Shown: positions 1-8,537, counted from the first letter of the stretch. The stretch: DNA of 36,479 nucleotides from an uncultured Clostridia bacterium (GCA_947626175.1 CANQRE010000003.1:1-36479), one strand, 5' to 3'. Made by a program: numbers and translations. Notes: generated from the sequence alone by a model not told the origin.

Positions 1-2
1 AT

Positions 3-311
3 CCGTCAGGTCAGCCAGATGTTTCGGCAAATGGAAGCAATTTTATCACCCTTTCCGCGGGCGGATATCTTGTTAGATATTACACCTATATCACCAACAA
101 TTCCGACACAGTTCCGCAAATCGACCTTAGCGCCAACGGCATGTTTTTGCCTTTTTCCACTCGCTATGGCTTTGCGCGAACAAACATGGCAATAATGGGT
201 GAATATGTTTTTCGTTTAACAAACACAGGCCGCCTTCAAATAACTCACACACCAAGCAGCGACATAACCTATTCCAACACCTATGTCGTTGTTCAAAAGT
301 TGTCAAATTAA
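3..311 (+). CDS. 3' part of a gene running in from the left edge; beta-rich C-terminal domain resembling the BclA-C/C1q-like domain of collagen-like spore-surface proteins
   Basis: Frame 3 is open from base 3 to TAA at 309-311 (PSGQPDVSANGSNFITLSAGGYLVRYYTY...ITYSNTYVVVQKLSN). It is not in the ORF track. The ITL-x-AGxYLVxY and terminal VVVQKLS patterns resemble BclA-C-type domains; the family call is inference. Confidence 0.45.
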   Translation, partial: PSGQPDVSANGSNFITLSAGGYLVRYYTYITNNSDTVPQIDLSANGMFLPFSTRYGFARTNMAIMGEYVFRLTNTGRLQITHTPSSDITYSNTYVVVQKLSN

Positions 312-503
312 GGGAAGAGATTGCTCGCTGTCTTTGTCAGCGCTTTTTTCATCTGGCGGAGTTTTTTCTTGGCATAAAGTTTGCGTGCGGTATGCAATAT
401 ACTCGGGGCTTTGAAACTCGCCAAGCGCGGAAAAAACATTGCTTGCAAAGTCTGAAAAAGCCTTGCATATTTTGGGTTTGTTTTCAACAGATTTATGTTT
501 CAT
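303..503 (-). CDS. small hypothetical protein (66 aa)
   Basis: ATG at 503 with a GGAG RBS (ctcc at 511-514). The longer 109-aa version in the track overlaps ligD and is less likely. Confidence 0.55.
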   Translation of the reverse strand: MKHKSVENKPKICKAFSDFASNVFSALGEFQSPEYIAYRTQTLCQEKTPPDEKSADKDSEQSLPLI

Positions 504-567
504 TTTTTTTCTCCAATTTTTGGTTTGCAATAGAATAATAATATGAAAGATGTCAACCATTTGCCAT

Positions 568-2946
568 ATGGAAAGCTTGAAATCATACAACAAAAAACGT
601 AACTTTGAAAAAACCAACGAACCAAAGGGCAAAGTGGAAAAATCTTCAAAGCATATTTTTTGCGTTCAATATCATTTGGCAAGGGCAAAACATTATGACT
701 TTCGGCTTGAACACAACGGTGTTATGATCAGTTTTGCAGTGCCAAAAGGTCCGTCTCTCAATCCCAAGGACAAACGCCTTGCCGTGAAAGTTGAGGACCA
801 TCCAGTAAGTTATGCTTCATTTGAAGGAACAATTCCAAAAGGTGAATATGGTGGCGGAACGGTTATGCTTTGGGATGAAGGCACTTGGGCGGCTTTGGAA
901 GATGAAGATCAAGGTCTAAAAAACGGGTCGCTCAAGTTTGAGCTCTTTGGCAAAAAACTAAAGGGAAAATGGGCGCTTGTAAGACTTAAAAAAGACAATG
1001 AAAAAGAAAATTGGCTTTTGATAAAAGAAAATGATGAGTTTGCAAGCCAAACAAAAAACGTGACAAAAAACAACATTTCCGTGAAAACAAACAGAACAAT
1101 ATCTCAAATTGAAAGTGGCAAAACGTTACAAAAACAAAAAAATCCTTTCGGCTATGTTTCGCCAATGCTTGCCAAACTTGAAACAACTGTTCCAAAAGGC
1201 AACGATTATGCTTTTGAAGTCAAATATGATGGCTACAGGGTTATCGGTGTTGTTGAAAATGGTGTGGCCAAACTTTTTTCGCGAAATGGACAAGATTATT
1301 CGCAAAAGTTTGAAATCATAACTCAAAAATTGCAAACTTTTTTTGCTGACAAATCACTGGTTGTTGACGGTGAACTGATTGCCCCAGACATTGAAGGTAA
1401 AAGTGATTTTGGCGCGCTGCAGGCATATTTAAAAAACCCTGAAGGCAAAACTCTTGTTTATATGGTTTTTGATATTTTGGCGTTAGATGGCAAAGATTTG
1501 CGTCAAAAACCTCTTTTAGAACGCAAAAAAGTGTTAAAAAACCTTTTAAAAGGCTCTCCAGCCGAAATTCAACTTTCAAAACATGTTATAGGTCACGGCG
1601 AAGAAAGTTTTTTGCTTGCCCAAAAATTGGGACTGGAAGGAATTGTTGGAAAAAAGTTTGATTCTCTTTATTCATCATCGCGAAATGGCGATTGGATAAA
1701 GATCAAGTGCTATCATCGTCAGGAGTTTGTTGTTGGCGGATATGAAAAGTCGGACAAAAAGCAAGGCGGGATTGGCGCGCTTTTGGTGGGTTATTATTTG
1801 GATAAGGACCTTGTTTTTGTCGGCAAGGTGGGAACTGGGATTGATGAAGATGAAGCGCAAAGCTTAAAAAAGAAGTTCAAAAACATTGTCATAAACAAAT
1901 CTCCATTCAAAAATCCGCACAAAAATAGTGACAATTTGGTTCATTTAAAACCTTTGCTTGTGGTTGAGGTTCAATATGCGCAGCTAACAAGTGATGGTCT
2001 TCTTCGCCAAGCAAGTTACAAGGGCATTAGGGACGACAAAACTGCAAGCGAAGTTGTGCTTGAACAGGCTGAGAAAAGTGTTGGCCGAGTCAAAATAACA
2101 AGCCCGGAAAGAAAAGTGTTTGCCGAAGACGACATTTCAAAATTGGACGTTGCAAAATATTATTTGCTCGTTGCGGATGAAATGTTAAAATATTGCTCTA
2201 ACAGACTTTTGTCAGTTGTAAGATGTCATGACAATATCGAAAGCGAAAAGTTTTTCAAAAAGCATCCACAAAAGGGAGCAAAATGTGTTAAAACAAAAAA
2301 AATAATTGGCTCAGATGGTGAAAAAGATGATTATTTTTATGTTGACTCAAAGGAAGGGATTTTGAGTGAAGTTCAGTCGGGAACAGTTGAGTTTCACGCT
2401 TGGGCAAGCAAAGTTAAAACGCTTGACAAGCCTGACATGATGGTGTTTGACCTTGACCCAGATGAAAATGTCAAATTGGAGCAACTAAGGCGCGGCGCGC
2501 TTGACTTAAGAAATGTGCTTTCGCAGCTTAATTTAAAAAGTTTCATCAAAACAAGCGGCGGAAAGGGTTATCACATTGTTGTTCCTTTTCAGCCTTCGGC
2601 AAACTGGCAAGTTTTTCATGATTTTGCAAAAAATGTTGCTTTGCTCATGGAAGAAAAATGGCCTGATCGCTACACGTCAAACATTCGCAAGGATTCTCGC
2701 AAGGGCAAAATTTTTATTGATTATGTAAGAAATGCAAGGGGTGCAACATCCGTGTGTCCATATTCTCTTAGAGCCAGAAAAGGAGCAAGCGTTTCATGCC
2801 CGATAAGGTGGAGTGAACTTGGCAGCGTTGAGCCTTCTTCAATCACAATGAAGGATGCGCTAAAGCGTTTAAAAAAGCCTTCTCCATGGGCTGAGCTTTT
2901 TTTGGTAAAGCAAAAACTTGGCAAGATCAAGCCTCCAAAAACATAA
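568..2946 (+). CDS. ligD: DNA ligase D (NHEJ): 3'-phosphoesterase, ATP-dependent ligase and primase-like polymerase domains
   Basis: PE motifs (LKSYNKKRNFEKTNEP, QYHLARAKHYDFRLE, VEDHPVSY), ligase motifs (EVKYDGYR, EGIVGK, WIKIKC) and polymerase motifs (FFKKH, VFDLDP, KTSGGKGYH, FIDYVRN). Start is 568 or 550. Confidence 0.95.
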   Translation: MESLKSYNKKRNFEKTNEPKGKVEKSSKHIFCVQYHLARAKHYDFRLEHNGVMISFAVPKGPSLNPKDKRLAVKVEDHPVSYASFEGTIPKGEYGGGTVMLWDEGTWAALEDEDQGLKNGSLKFELFGKKLKGKWALVRLKKDNEKENWLLIKENDEFASQTKNVTKNNISVKTNRTISQIESGKTLQKQKNPFGYVSPMLAKLETTVPKGNDYAFEVKYDGYRVIGVVENGVAKLFSRNGQDYSQKFEIITQKLQTFFADKSLVVDGELIAPDIEGKSDFGALQAYLKNPEGKTLVYMVFDILALDGKDLRQKPLLERKKVLKNLLKGSPAEIQLSKHVIGHGEESFLLAQKLGLEGIVGKKFDSLYSSSRNGDWIKIKCYHRQEFVVGGYEKSDKKQGGIGALLVGYYLDKDLVFVGKVGTGIDEDEAQSLKKKFKNIVINKSPFKNPHKNSDNLVHLKPLLVVEVQYAQLTSDGLLRQASYKGIRDDKTASEVVLEQAEKSVGRVKITSPERKVFAEDDISKLDVAKYYLLVADEMLKYCSNRLLSVVRCHDNIESEKFFKKHPQKGAKCVKTKKIIGSDGEKDDYFYVDSKEGILSEVQSGTVEFHAWASKVKTLDKPDMMVFDLDPDENVKLEQLRRGALDLRNVLSQLNLKSFIKTSGGKGYHIVVPFQPSANWQVFHDFAKNVALLMEEKWPDRYTSNIRKDSRKGKIFIDYVRNARGATSVCPYSLRARKGASVSCPIRWSELGSVEPSSITMKDALKRLKKPSPWAELFLVKQKLGKIKPPKT

Positions 2947-2971
2947 AATTTTTTCAAGAGATAAAATTGTT

Positions 2972-2999
2972 TTGTTGCAAACAAAATCTGTGATATATT
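2972..2999 (+). promoter_or_regulatory. putative sigma-A extended -10 promoter for the DUF262 gene
   Basis: TGa-TATATT at 2991-2999 with a weak -35; GGAG RBS before ATG 3030. Confidence 0.4.
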
Positions 3000-3029
3000 T
3001 AAATAGACCACAAAAAAAACGGAGAAGTT

Positions 3030-5441
3030 ATGGACGAAAAAATATCACAGTTATTGCAAATGCTTGCAAATGAGCCGCAAACAAGCAAACAGCAAATTTG
3101 CAAAACGCTTTTGGGCGAAAACGCCAATGAATTTATTGACAATTTAACAATAGAAAACAGTTACACTCCGCTTGTTAATTTAAGCTCAATTGCCGAAAGC
3201 AAAGGTTTTGCGTTTCGAATTCCATCAAATCAAAGGGGATATGTTTGGAACACAAAATTTGAGCAAATGTTTGAAAAAGAGCAGTTGCAAAACATAGATG
3301 AGGACTCGGCAAAATATAACAAAGCGGTTGACGATTTGTTTGAAAACAACACTGATGTCAAAAAAATGAAGCAAAATCCAAATGAGCAATTGGATGATTT
3401 TTGGGACGATTTAAAACGCATAAGTGAACGCGACACAACTGAATATTACATGGGCATGATGTCGCTTCAGCCGATGTCGAATTTTGATGCCAAAAATGAA
3501 AGCCTTGATGGCAAAAAAGCGTTTTATGTTATTGATGGTCAGCAACGATTGACCACATGTGCAATCTTGTTAAAGCTTTTAAATGGCGAAAACGAATATG
3601 ACAAACTTGATTTAAATTACACCTCAAAGGCAACATCTTACACCAAAATTGTTTCCAGCATTTTGCAAGATGAAATGGCAGCCGTAGATGAAGACAGCCT
3701 GTATTATCAAAGGCTGACTCTTGCCAAAAAGTTTTTAAAGTGGAAACTAAGAATTGAAGGCATTTTGCAAGATGAAAAAAAAATTGAAAAACTTAAAAAC
3801 ACTTTGACAAACGTTGTCAAATTCAACATTTTGTTCAGCACCGAAGAAAAAGGCTCACTTGTTTTTGAAACGCTCAACAATCGTGGAAAATCGCTCACGC
3901 AGCTTGAAATATTAAAAAATCGCGTATATGCAATGCTTGACAAAATTGATTATCGCCAAAGCGGTGAGCAAAACATTGACGAAAATGAAATTTTGAACAG
4001 AAAAACAAGCTTAAGCATAAAATTGCTTAACTGTTGGACAACGATTTTTGACAATCTTGGCAAGGCGTCACTGATCACCGATCAAAACGCCACTGAGCTA
4101 AAGGATGAAGAATTTTTGCAAGCCTATTGGATTGTTGAAACTGGAAAGGTGTTTGAAAAAACGCGTGAAAAGGTGATAGCGGACTTGCTTGAGCATATAA
4201 ATTTGGATGCTCAAAACATTGAAACTGGCAAAATTTTTACAAAGAGCGAAGTTGAAAAGTTTATGAGTTCGCTTGAAGATTTTTCAAAAGGCTGGCGAGA
4301 ATTTTTCAATCCAACAAAAAACACGCTTAACGCAAACTTGATTTCAAAAATATGCCGAATCACAAATGATGTTCATCTTCGAGCAAGCATAATTGCAATC
4401 ATGCGAAGCAAAATTGGCCAAAGCAAAAATGAAGCCGAAAACATGGGAAAAGTGTTTGGATTTATAGAAAAATGGCTGTTTTTCATTTTGTTTATATATC
4501 AGCCAACAAAAAAAGCAGATTTCAGCTTTTTGATTGAAAAAGTTCATTCTCTTCACATTTTGGGCGAACAAGAAAGCAAAACAGGCTTTAAACAAAGCTA
4601 TAATGTCATTCGCGAACTTTTGAACTTGATTGTTGAAAACAAAGGTGATGACAACGGCAAAAAGGACAAATCGCTCAAAAACATATTGTGCTGGCAAACA
4701 ATTTGTGATTGGATTGACGAGTGCTATGAAAATTACAGCGGATTTTATGATTGGAGCGGAATCAGATATTTTGTGTATGAACAAAATCTTGATGCTTTGG
4801 GGGATGATCAAAATCTCAAAATTTATCCATGGAAAAAAATCCGTGAAAGCATAGAGCATATTTATCCGCAAAATCCTCGAAGAAAAAATTGCAAAGATGA
4901 AGAAAATGCTCTTTATTGGGAAAAGGGATTCACAACTGGAAAAGTTCCTTCAACTGATTGTTTCCCAAAGGAGCTATGGTCGCATGAGCTTAATTTGCAA
5001 AAAATGAAAAACTCACTTGGAAATTTGATGGCGTTGTCGCAAAAAGCAAACAGGGGCGGAAGCAATTACAAATATCCTGTCAAGAAAAAAACAATATACA
5101 TAGAAAAAGGCTCAAATATTTCGTTGAAAGTTGGATCAAAATATGATCACTGGCATTTATATTACTTGGTTGAGCGCAACAAGGATGTTTTTGAGTGGCT
5201 GATCGCAAGATGGACAAACATTGACTTAAGCATAACAAAAAATGGAGCGGATGAAGCACTTGATCAGCCAATTGAATACAATTTGGCATTGCAAGATGAC
5301 GCCGCACAAAAAACAAAAGCGCTGAGCAAGATGACGGATTTCTTGTCAGATGAAAATTTGCAAAAACGCGAAAAACTTATTTCAAAACTTGCAGGAACAA
5401 AAGCACTCAAGGATAAACTAGAAAAACTTATTTCAAAATAG
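3030..5441 (+). CDS. DUF262-DUF1524 fusion; GmrSD/SspE-type modification-dependent nuclease
   Basis: DUF262 motifs IPSNQRGYVW, YYMG, VIDGQQRLTT and VFETLNNRGKSL; HNH-like DUF1524 motifs SIEHIYPQ and LGNLMALSQKAN. Confidence 0.9.
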   Translation: MDEKISQLLQMLANEPQTSKQQICKTLLGENANEFIDNLTIENSYTPLVNLSSIAESKGFAFRIPSNQRGYVWNTKFEQMFEKEQLQNIDEDSAKYNKAVDDLFENNTDVKKMKQNPNEQLDDFWDDLKRISERDTTEYYMGMMSLQPMSNFDAKNESLDGKKAFYVIDGQQRLTTCAILLKLLNGENEYDKLDLNYTSKATSYTKIVSSILQDEMAAVDEDSLYYQRLTLAKKFLKWKLRIEGILQDEKKIEKLKNTLTNVVKFNILFSTEEKGSLVFETLNNRGKSLTQLEILKNRVYAMLDKIDYRQSGEQNIDENEILNRKTSLSIKLLNCWTTIFDNLGKASLITDQNATELKDEEFLQAYWIVETGKVFEKTREKVIADLLEHINLDAQNIETGKIFTKSEVEKFMSSLEDFSKGWREFFNPTKNTLNANLISKICRITNDVHLRASIIAIMRSKIGQSKNEAENMGKVFGFIEKWLFFILFIYQPTKKADFSFLIEKVHSLHILGEQESKTGFKQSYNVIRELLNLIVENKGDDNGKKDKSLKNILCWQTICDWIDECYENYSGFYDWSGIRYFVYEQNLDALGDDQNLKIYPWKKIRESIEHIYPQNPRRKNCKDEENALYWEKGFTTGKVPSTDCFPKELWSHELNLQKMKNSLGNLMALSQKANRGGSNYKYPVKKKTIYIEKGSNISLKVGSKYDHWHLYYLVERNKDVFEWLIARWTNIDLSITKNGADEALDQPIEYNLALQDDAAQKTKALSKMTDFLSDENLQKREKLISKLAGTKALKDKLEKLISK

Positions 5442-5450
5442 GCAAAAGAT

Positions 5451-6722
5451 ATGGAAATTGTGGATTATGACATTGTTGGCAGGGGTGTTGCAAAAAAGGA
5501 CGGAAAGGTTTATTTTGTCAAAAATGCACTTCTGGGCGAAGATGTTGACATAAAAATTGAAAGCGAAGGGAAAAATTTTTGTAACGCGGTTGCCACAAAA
5601 ATAAATATTCCAAGCGCTCAAAGGCAAAAGCCAGAGTGCAAATATTATGGCGTTTGTGGTGGCTGTCAGCTGCAACATTTTTCTGTCAAAGAGCAGCTAT
5701 TGTTCAAAAAGCAGCTTGTTCAAAACACCTTGAAAAAAGTTGGATCGTTGCAGTGCAAAGTTGAAGATGTTGTCGCTTCAAACAAGCAATATTTTTATCG
5801 CAACAAATGTGCTTTTGCTTCTCAAACGCAAAACAAACGCACTCTTTTTGGAATGTATAAGCCCAAAACAAAGGACTTTGTTGAAATCAAAAAATGTTTG
5901 CTTGCAAGCGAAGGAATCAACAATGTTTTGTCGCTTTCTGCAAAGTTTTTTGCCACACATTGTGAGCCAAATTTAAAAGAGCTTGTCATAAGGCAAGTGG
6001 GCGACAGTTTTTTGATAATCCTTGCTCAAAAAGGCAAGTTGACAAGCCTTGATGAGTTTCAAAAATATCTCAGCCAACATGGCATAAGATATGGGCTTTT
6101 TTCAAATCATAATTTGTCGGATGATGAAATTTTGTCCAGCAACAACATTTATGTTGCAGGAGAAAAATGGCTCTTGTTAAATGAATTTTCCACAGAGCAA
6201 AAACTTTTTGCCGGATCTTTTTTGCAGGTTAATTCGTATGTGAAAAATTTGTTGTATCAACAGGTTTTGCAGTTAACAAATTCAAATGAACAAATTGTTG
6301 ATGCTTATTGCGGAATTGGGCAGATGACCTATTTATTGTCGCAAAAAGCAGAAAAGGTGATTGGGATTGAAAGCGTTAGCTCTGCAATTTCTTCTGCAAA
6401 TGAGCTTAAGGAAAAAACAAATTCAAAAAATCTTGAGTTTGTGCTAGGGGATGTCAAACAAAAACTTTCGTCTGCCTTAAAAGGTTTAAAAAATCCCGTT
6501 GTGGTCTTGGATCCGCCGCGCAAAGGTTGCGAAAGGCAGGTGTTAGAAATTTTGGGAAAATCAAGAGTCAAAAAGATAATATATGTTTCGTGCAGTCCAA
6601 TTTCGCTTAGCAGGGATTTGGCATATTTAAGCGGCTATGGCTTCAAGATAACACTGGCTCAGCCTTTCGACATGTTTCCAAACACGGCAAATGTTGAAAC
6701 AGTTGTTCAAATAACAAGATAA
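5451..6722 (+). CDS. rlmD: 23S rRNA (uracil-C5)-methyltransferase, RlmD/RumA family
   Basis: TRAM N-terminus, Fe-S motif CKYYGVCGGC, FLQVN, DAYCGIG, LDPPRKG, catalytic YVSC and DMFPNTANVE. Confidence 0.93.
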   Translation: MEIVDYDIVGRGVAKKDGKVYFVKNALLGEDVDIKIESEGKNFCNAVATKINIPSAQRQKPECKYYGVCGGCQLQHFSVKEQLLFKKQLVQNTLKKVGSLQCKVEDVVASNKQYFYRNKCAFASQTQNKRTLFGMYKPKTKDFVEIKKCLLASEGINNVLSLSAKFFATHCEPNLKELVIRQVGDSFLIILAQKGKLTSLDEFQKYLSQHGIRYGLFSNHNLSDDEILSSNNIYVAGEKWLLLNEFSTEQKLFAGSFLQVNSYVKNLLYQQVLQLTNSNEQIVDAYCGIGQMTYLLSQKAEKVIGIESVSSAISSANELKEKTNSKNLEFVLGDVKQKLSSALKGLKNPVVVLDPPRKGCERQVLEILGKSRVKKIIYVSCSPISLSRDLAYLSGYGFKITLAQPFDMFPNTANVETVVQITR

Positions 6723-6731
6723 GGAGAAGTT

Positions 6732-7403
6732 ATGACATTGAGCAAAATCAAATGTGTGATTTTTGATGTTGACGGCACAATTTTTGATAGTGAAACAATT
6801 TGGGAACAAACTTGCAAGCAGCTTTGCAAAAAATTTAACACAACCCTTAGTGATGAAGCGCGCCTTCAAATGAGCGGCAGAAACGCCAAGGAAATCATTG
6901 CTTTCATTCACAAGCAATGCCCAGATATTGATGCTGCTGCTTTTAGGGAGCAGTGGGAAGAAATGGTTTTCAAATATAATGAGCAGCACGGGATGAAATT
7001 TAAAAAAGGCTTTTTAAACTTGATGAAGTATCTTCAAAAAACATCTTTGCGTGTGGCAATCGCCACGGGCAGCAGAAAAAGCGATGTTGTCAGCCGATTT
7101 AAAAAACATAATATTGATGCCGAAAAAATGTTTGAACAAATCATCACCACAAGTCAGGTCAAAAAAGGAAAGCCAAGCCCGCAAGTATACAAACTTGTGC
7201 TTAAAAGATTAAATTTAAAAGCAAAAAATTGCATTGTTATTGAGGACAGCCCAAATGGAACAAAGTCGGCAGTCAAGGCAGGCATTCCAACAATTTTGAT
7301 TCCAGATGTGTTTAAGCCTGACAAGTTTGCTCTCAAACACGCAATTACAATCTTAAAAGATATGGATGAAGCCAAAACATTTTTAAAATCCATGGGGATA
7401 TAA
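6732..7403 (+). CDS. HAD-family phosphatase (beta-phosphoglucomutase-like)
   Basis: Motif I FDVDGTIFDSE, motif II ATGS, KPSP and IEDSPNG. Confidence 0.9.
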   Translation: MTLSKIKCVIFDVDGTIFDSETIWEQTCKQLCKKFNTTLSDEARLQMSGRNAKEIIAFIHKQCPDIDAAAFREQWEEMVFKYNEQHGMKFKKGFLNLMKYLQKTSLRVAIATGSRKSDVVSRFKKHNIDAEKMFEQIITTSQVKKGKPSPQVYKLVLKRLNLKAKNCIVIEDSPNGTKSAVKAGIPTILIPDVFKPDKFALKHAITILKDMDEAKTFLKSMGI

Positions 7404-7430
7404 AAACACAAAAATAAATACAAAAACACA

Positions 7431-7468
7431 AAAAATCGCAAAAAAATGAGGTTTTTTGCGGTTTTTTT
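7431..7468 (+). terminator. intrinsic terminator after the HAD gene
   Basis: aaaaatcgcaaaaaa / ttttttgcggttttt hairpin with T tail. Confidence 0.6.
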
Positions 7469-7562
7469 AACAAAAATCGTCAAAATTTGTTTAAAAAAGC
7501 CGTTTTGCAAATCAAAACAAGTTTCAAATTTTGTTGCTTAAAATGTTTGCAAACAATTTTGC

Positions 7563-7591
7563 TTGAAATTTTTTAAATTATGGTTTATACT
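7563..7591 (+). promoter_or_regulatory. sigma-A promoter of the tRNA gene
   Basis: TTGAAA (7563-7568), 17 bp, TATACT (7586-7591), ending 13 bp before the tRNA start. Confidence 0.75.
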
Positions 7592-7603
7592 CTTTTTAAC
7601 AAT

Positions 7604-7679
7604 GACCTCGTAGTAAAATCGGATATTACGGAGCCCTCCTAAGGCTTTGTTTCGGGTTCGAGTCCCGGCGGGGTCACCA
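7604..7679 (+). tRNA. tRNA-Arg (anticodon CCT)
   Basis: 76-nt cloverleaf folded by hand: acceptor GACCTCG/CGGGGTC, D stem GTAA/TTAC, anticodon arm GAGCC-CTCCTAA-GGCTT, T arm TCGGG-TTCGAGT-CCCGG, encoded CCA. Confidence 0.97.
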
Positions 7680-8005
7680 ACAAAAAAAGCGTCATCCTGA
7701 CGCTTATTTTTTTGCTATTCGAAAAAACGGAAGTGTTTATGAATAAAATCAAGCCGGGGCTCGAACACACACAAGGGCTCCCAAAAATATTTTTATTTTT
7801 GGGAAGAGGAGCAAACGAGTGAAGCTTTAGGGTTGCGACAAGCAACCCGCCATTCAAGCGAGATTTGCGACGAAGTCCCGGCGGGGTCACCAACAAAAAA
7901 AGCGTCATCCTGACGCTTATTTTTTTGCTATATGAAAAAACAGAAGTGTTTATGAATAAAACCAAGCCGGGGCTCGAACATACACAAGGACTCCCAAAAA
8001 TATTT
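7661..8005 (+). repeat. tRNA-linked direct repeat: two 132-bp copies (7661-7792 and 7874-8005), period 213 bp
   Basis: Both copies start AGTCCCGGCGGGGTCACCA (tRNA 3' end) and end CTCCCAAAAATATTT, with only a few substitutions between them. Confidence 0.95.
7687..7713 (+). terminator. intrinsic terminator after the tRNA (second copy at 7900-7926)
   Basis: AAGCGTCA-tcc-TGACGCTT stem followed by aTTTTTTT. Confidence 0.8.
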
Positions 8006-8021
8006 GTAAAAAACATTTGAC

Positions 8022-8357
8022 TTAAGGCCAAGGTTTTTTGTTTTCAAAGCGTTCAATGTATTGTTGTTTTGAAAGGATTGGCAAATCATATTGTTTGTAT
8101 AGCCTTTCAACTTCATATTGCAAAGCATAATTTGCGGTCACATGGCACCAGTCATATAGCCAAACAATTGGAATTCTTGCAAGCTCAAAAGCAGTTAAAC
8201 ATTTTATGTCTTTCCATGAAACACTTTCCATCCTGTCAAACCACATCTTGTCACAAACAAGCCTCTTGATCAGCTCATTTCTGTCTTCCGGAACAAAGGA
8301 AGGGTCCTTTTTGTAATACTGCACAAATTCTTCCACCGAAGGGATATTCTCTTTCAT
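8022..8357 (-). CDS. hypothetical protein (111 aa, Trp/aromatic-rich)
   Basis: RBS AAGGTGGTG before the ATG and its own consensus promoter; no family recognised. Confidence 0.75.
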   Translation of the reverse strand: MKENIPSVEEFVQYYKKDPSFVPEDRNELIKRLVCDKMWFDRMESVSWKDIKCLTAFELARIPIVWLYDWCHVTANYALQYEVERLYKQYDLPILSKQQYIERFENKKPWP

Positions 8358-8374
8358 TTCACCACCTTTAAAAA

Positions 8375-8403
8375 ATTATATCACTTGTTTTTTGCCAAAT
8401 CAA
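8375..8403 (-). promoter_or_regulatory. sigma-A promoter of the 111-aa gene
   Basis: Minus strand TTGATT, 17 bp, TATAAT, with extended TG. Confidence 0.75.
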
Positions 8404-8483
8404 ACAAATTTCATTTCAGAACAAAAGTTTTTTGAGGCACTCAAAAAAATATTAAAATTTTTGCATAAATATACAAAATTTGT

Positions 8484-8512
8484 TTGCTTTATTCAAACCC
8501 TTGTGATATAAT
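8484..8512 (+). promoter_or_regulatory. sigma-A promoter of the 156-aa gene
   Basis: TTGCTT (8484-8489), 17 bp, TATAAT (8507-8512), with extended TG. Confidence 0.75.
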
Positions 8513-8537
8513 ATTCGCATGCACACTGGAGGAAAAA

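Noticed and set aside
5451-6722. rlmD 3' end as an ICE integration site
   Set aside because: rlmD is followed within 9 bp by a HAD gene; no recombinase or att duplication is present.
7810-7892. Second tRNA gene ending at the duplicated CCA
   Set aside because: No 5' acceptor strand or canonical D and T loops; the cloverleaf cannot be folded.
7661-8005. Repeat read as a CRISPR array or as attL/attR of a prophage or ICE
   Set aside because: Only two 132-bp copies, no cas genes, no integrase, and only 81 bp between the copies.
7639-8031. 130-aa minus-strand ORF with an internal repeat
   Set aside because: It is the translation of the DNA repeat and runs antisense into the tRNA; no evidence it is a gene.
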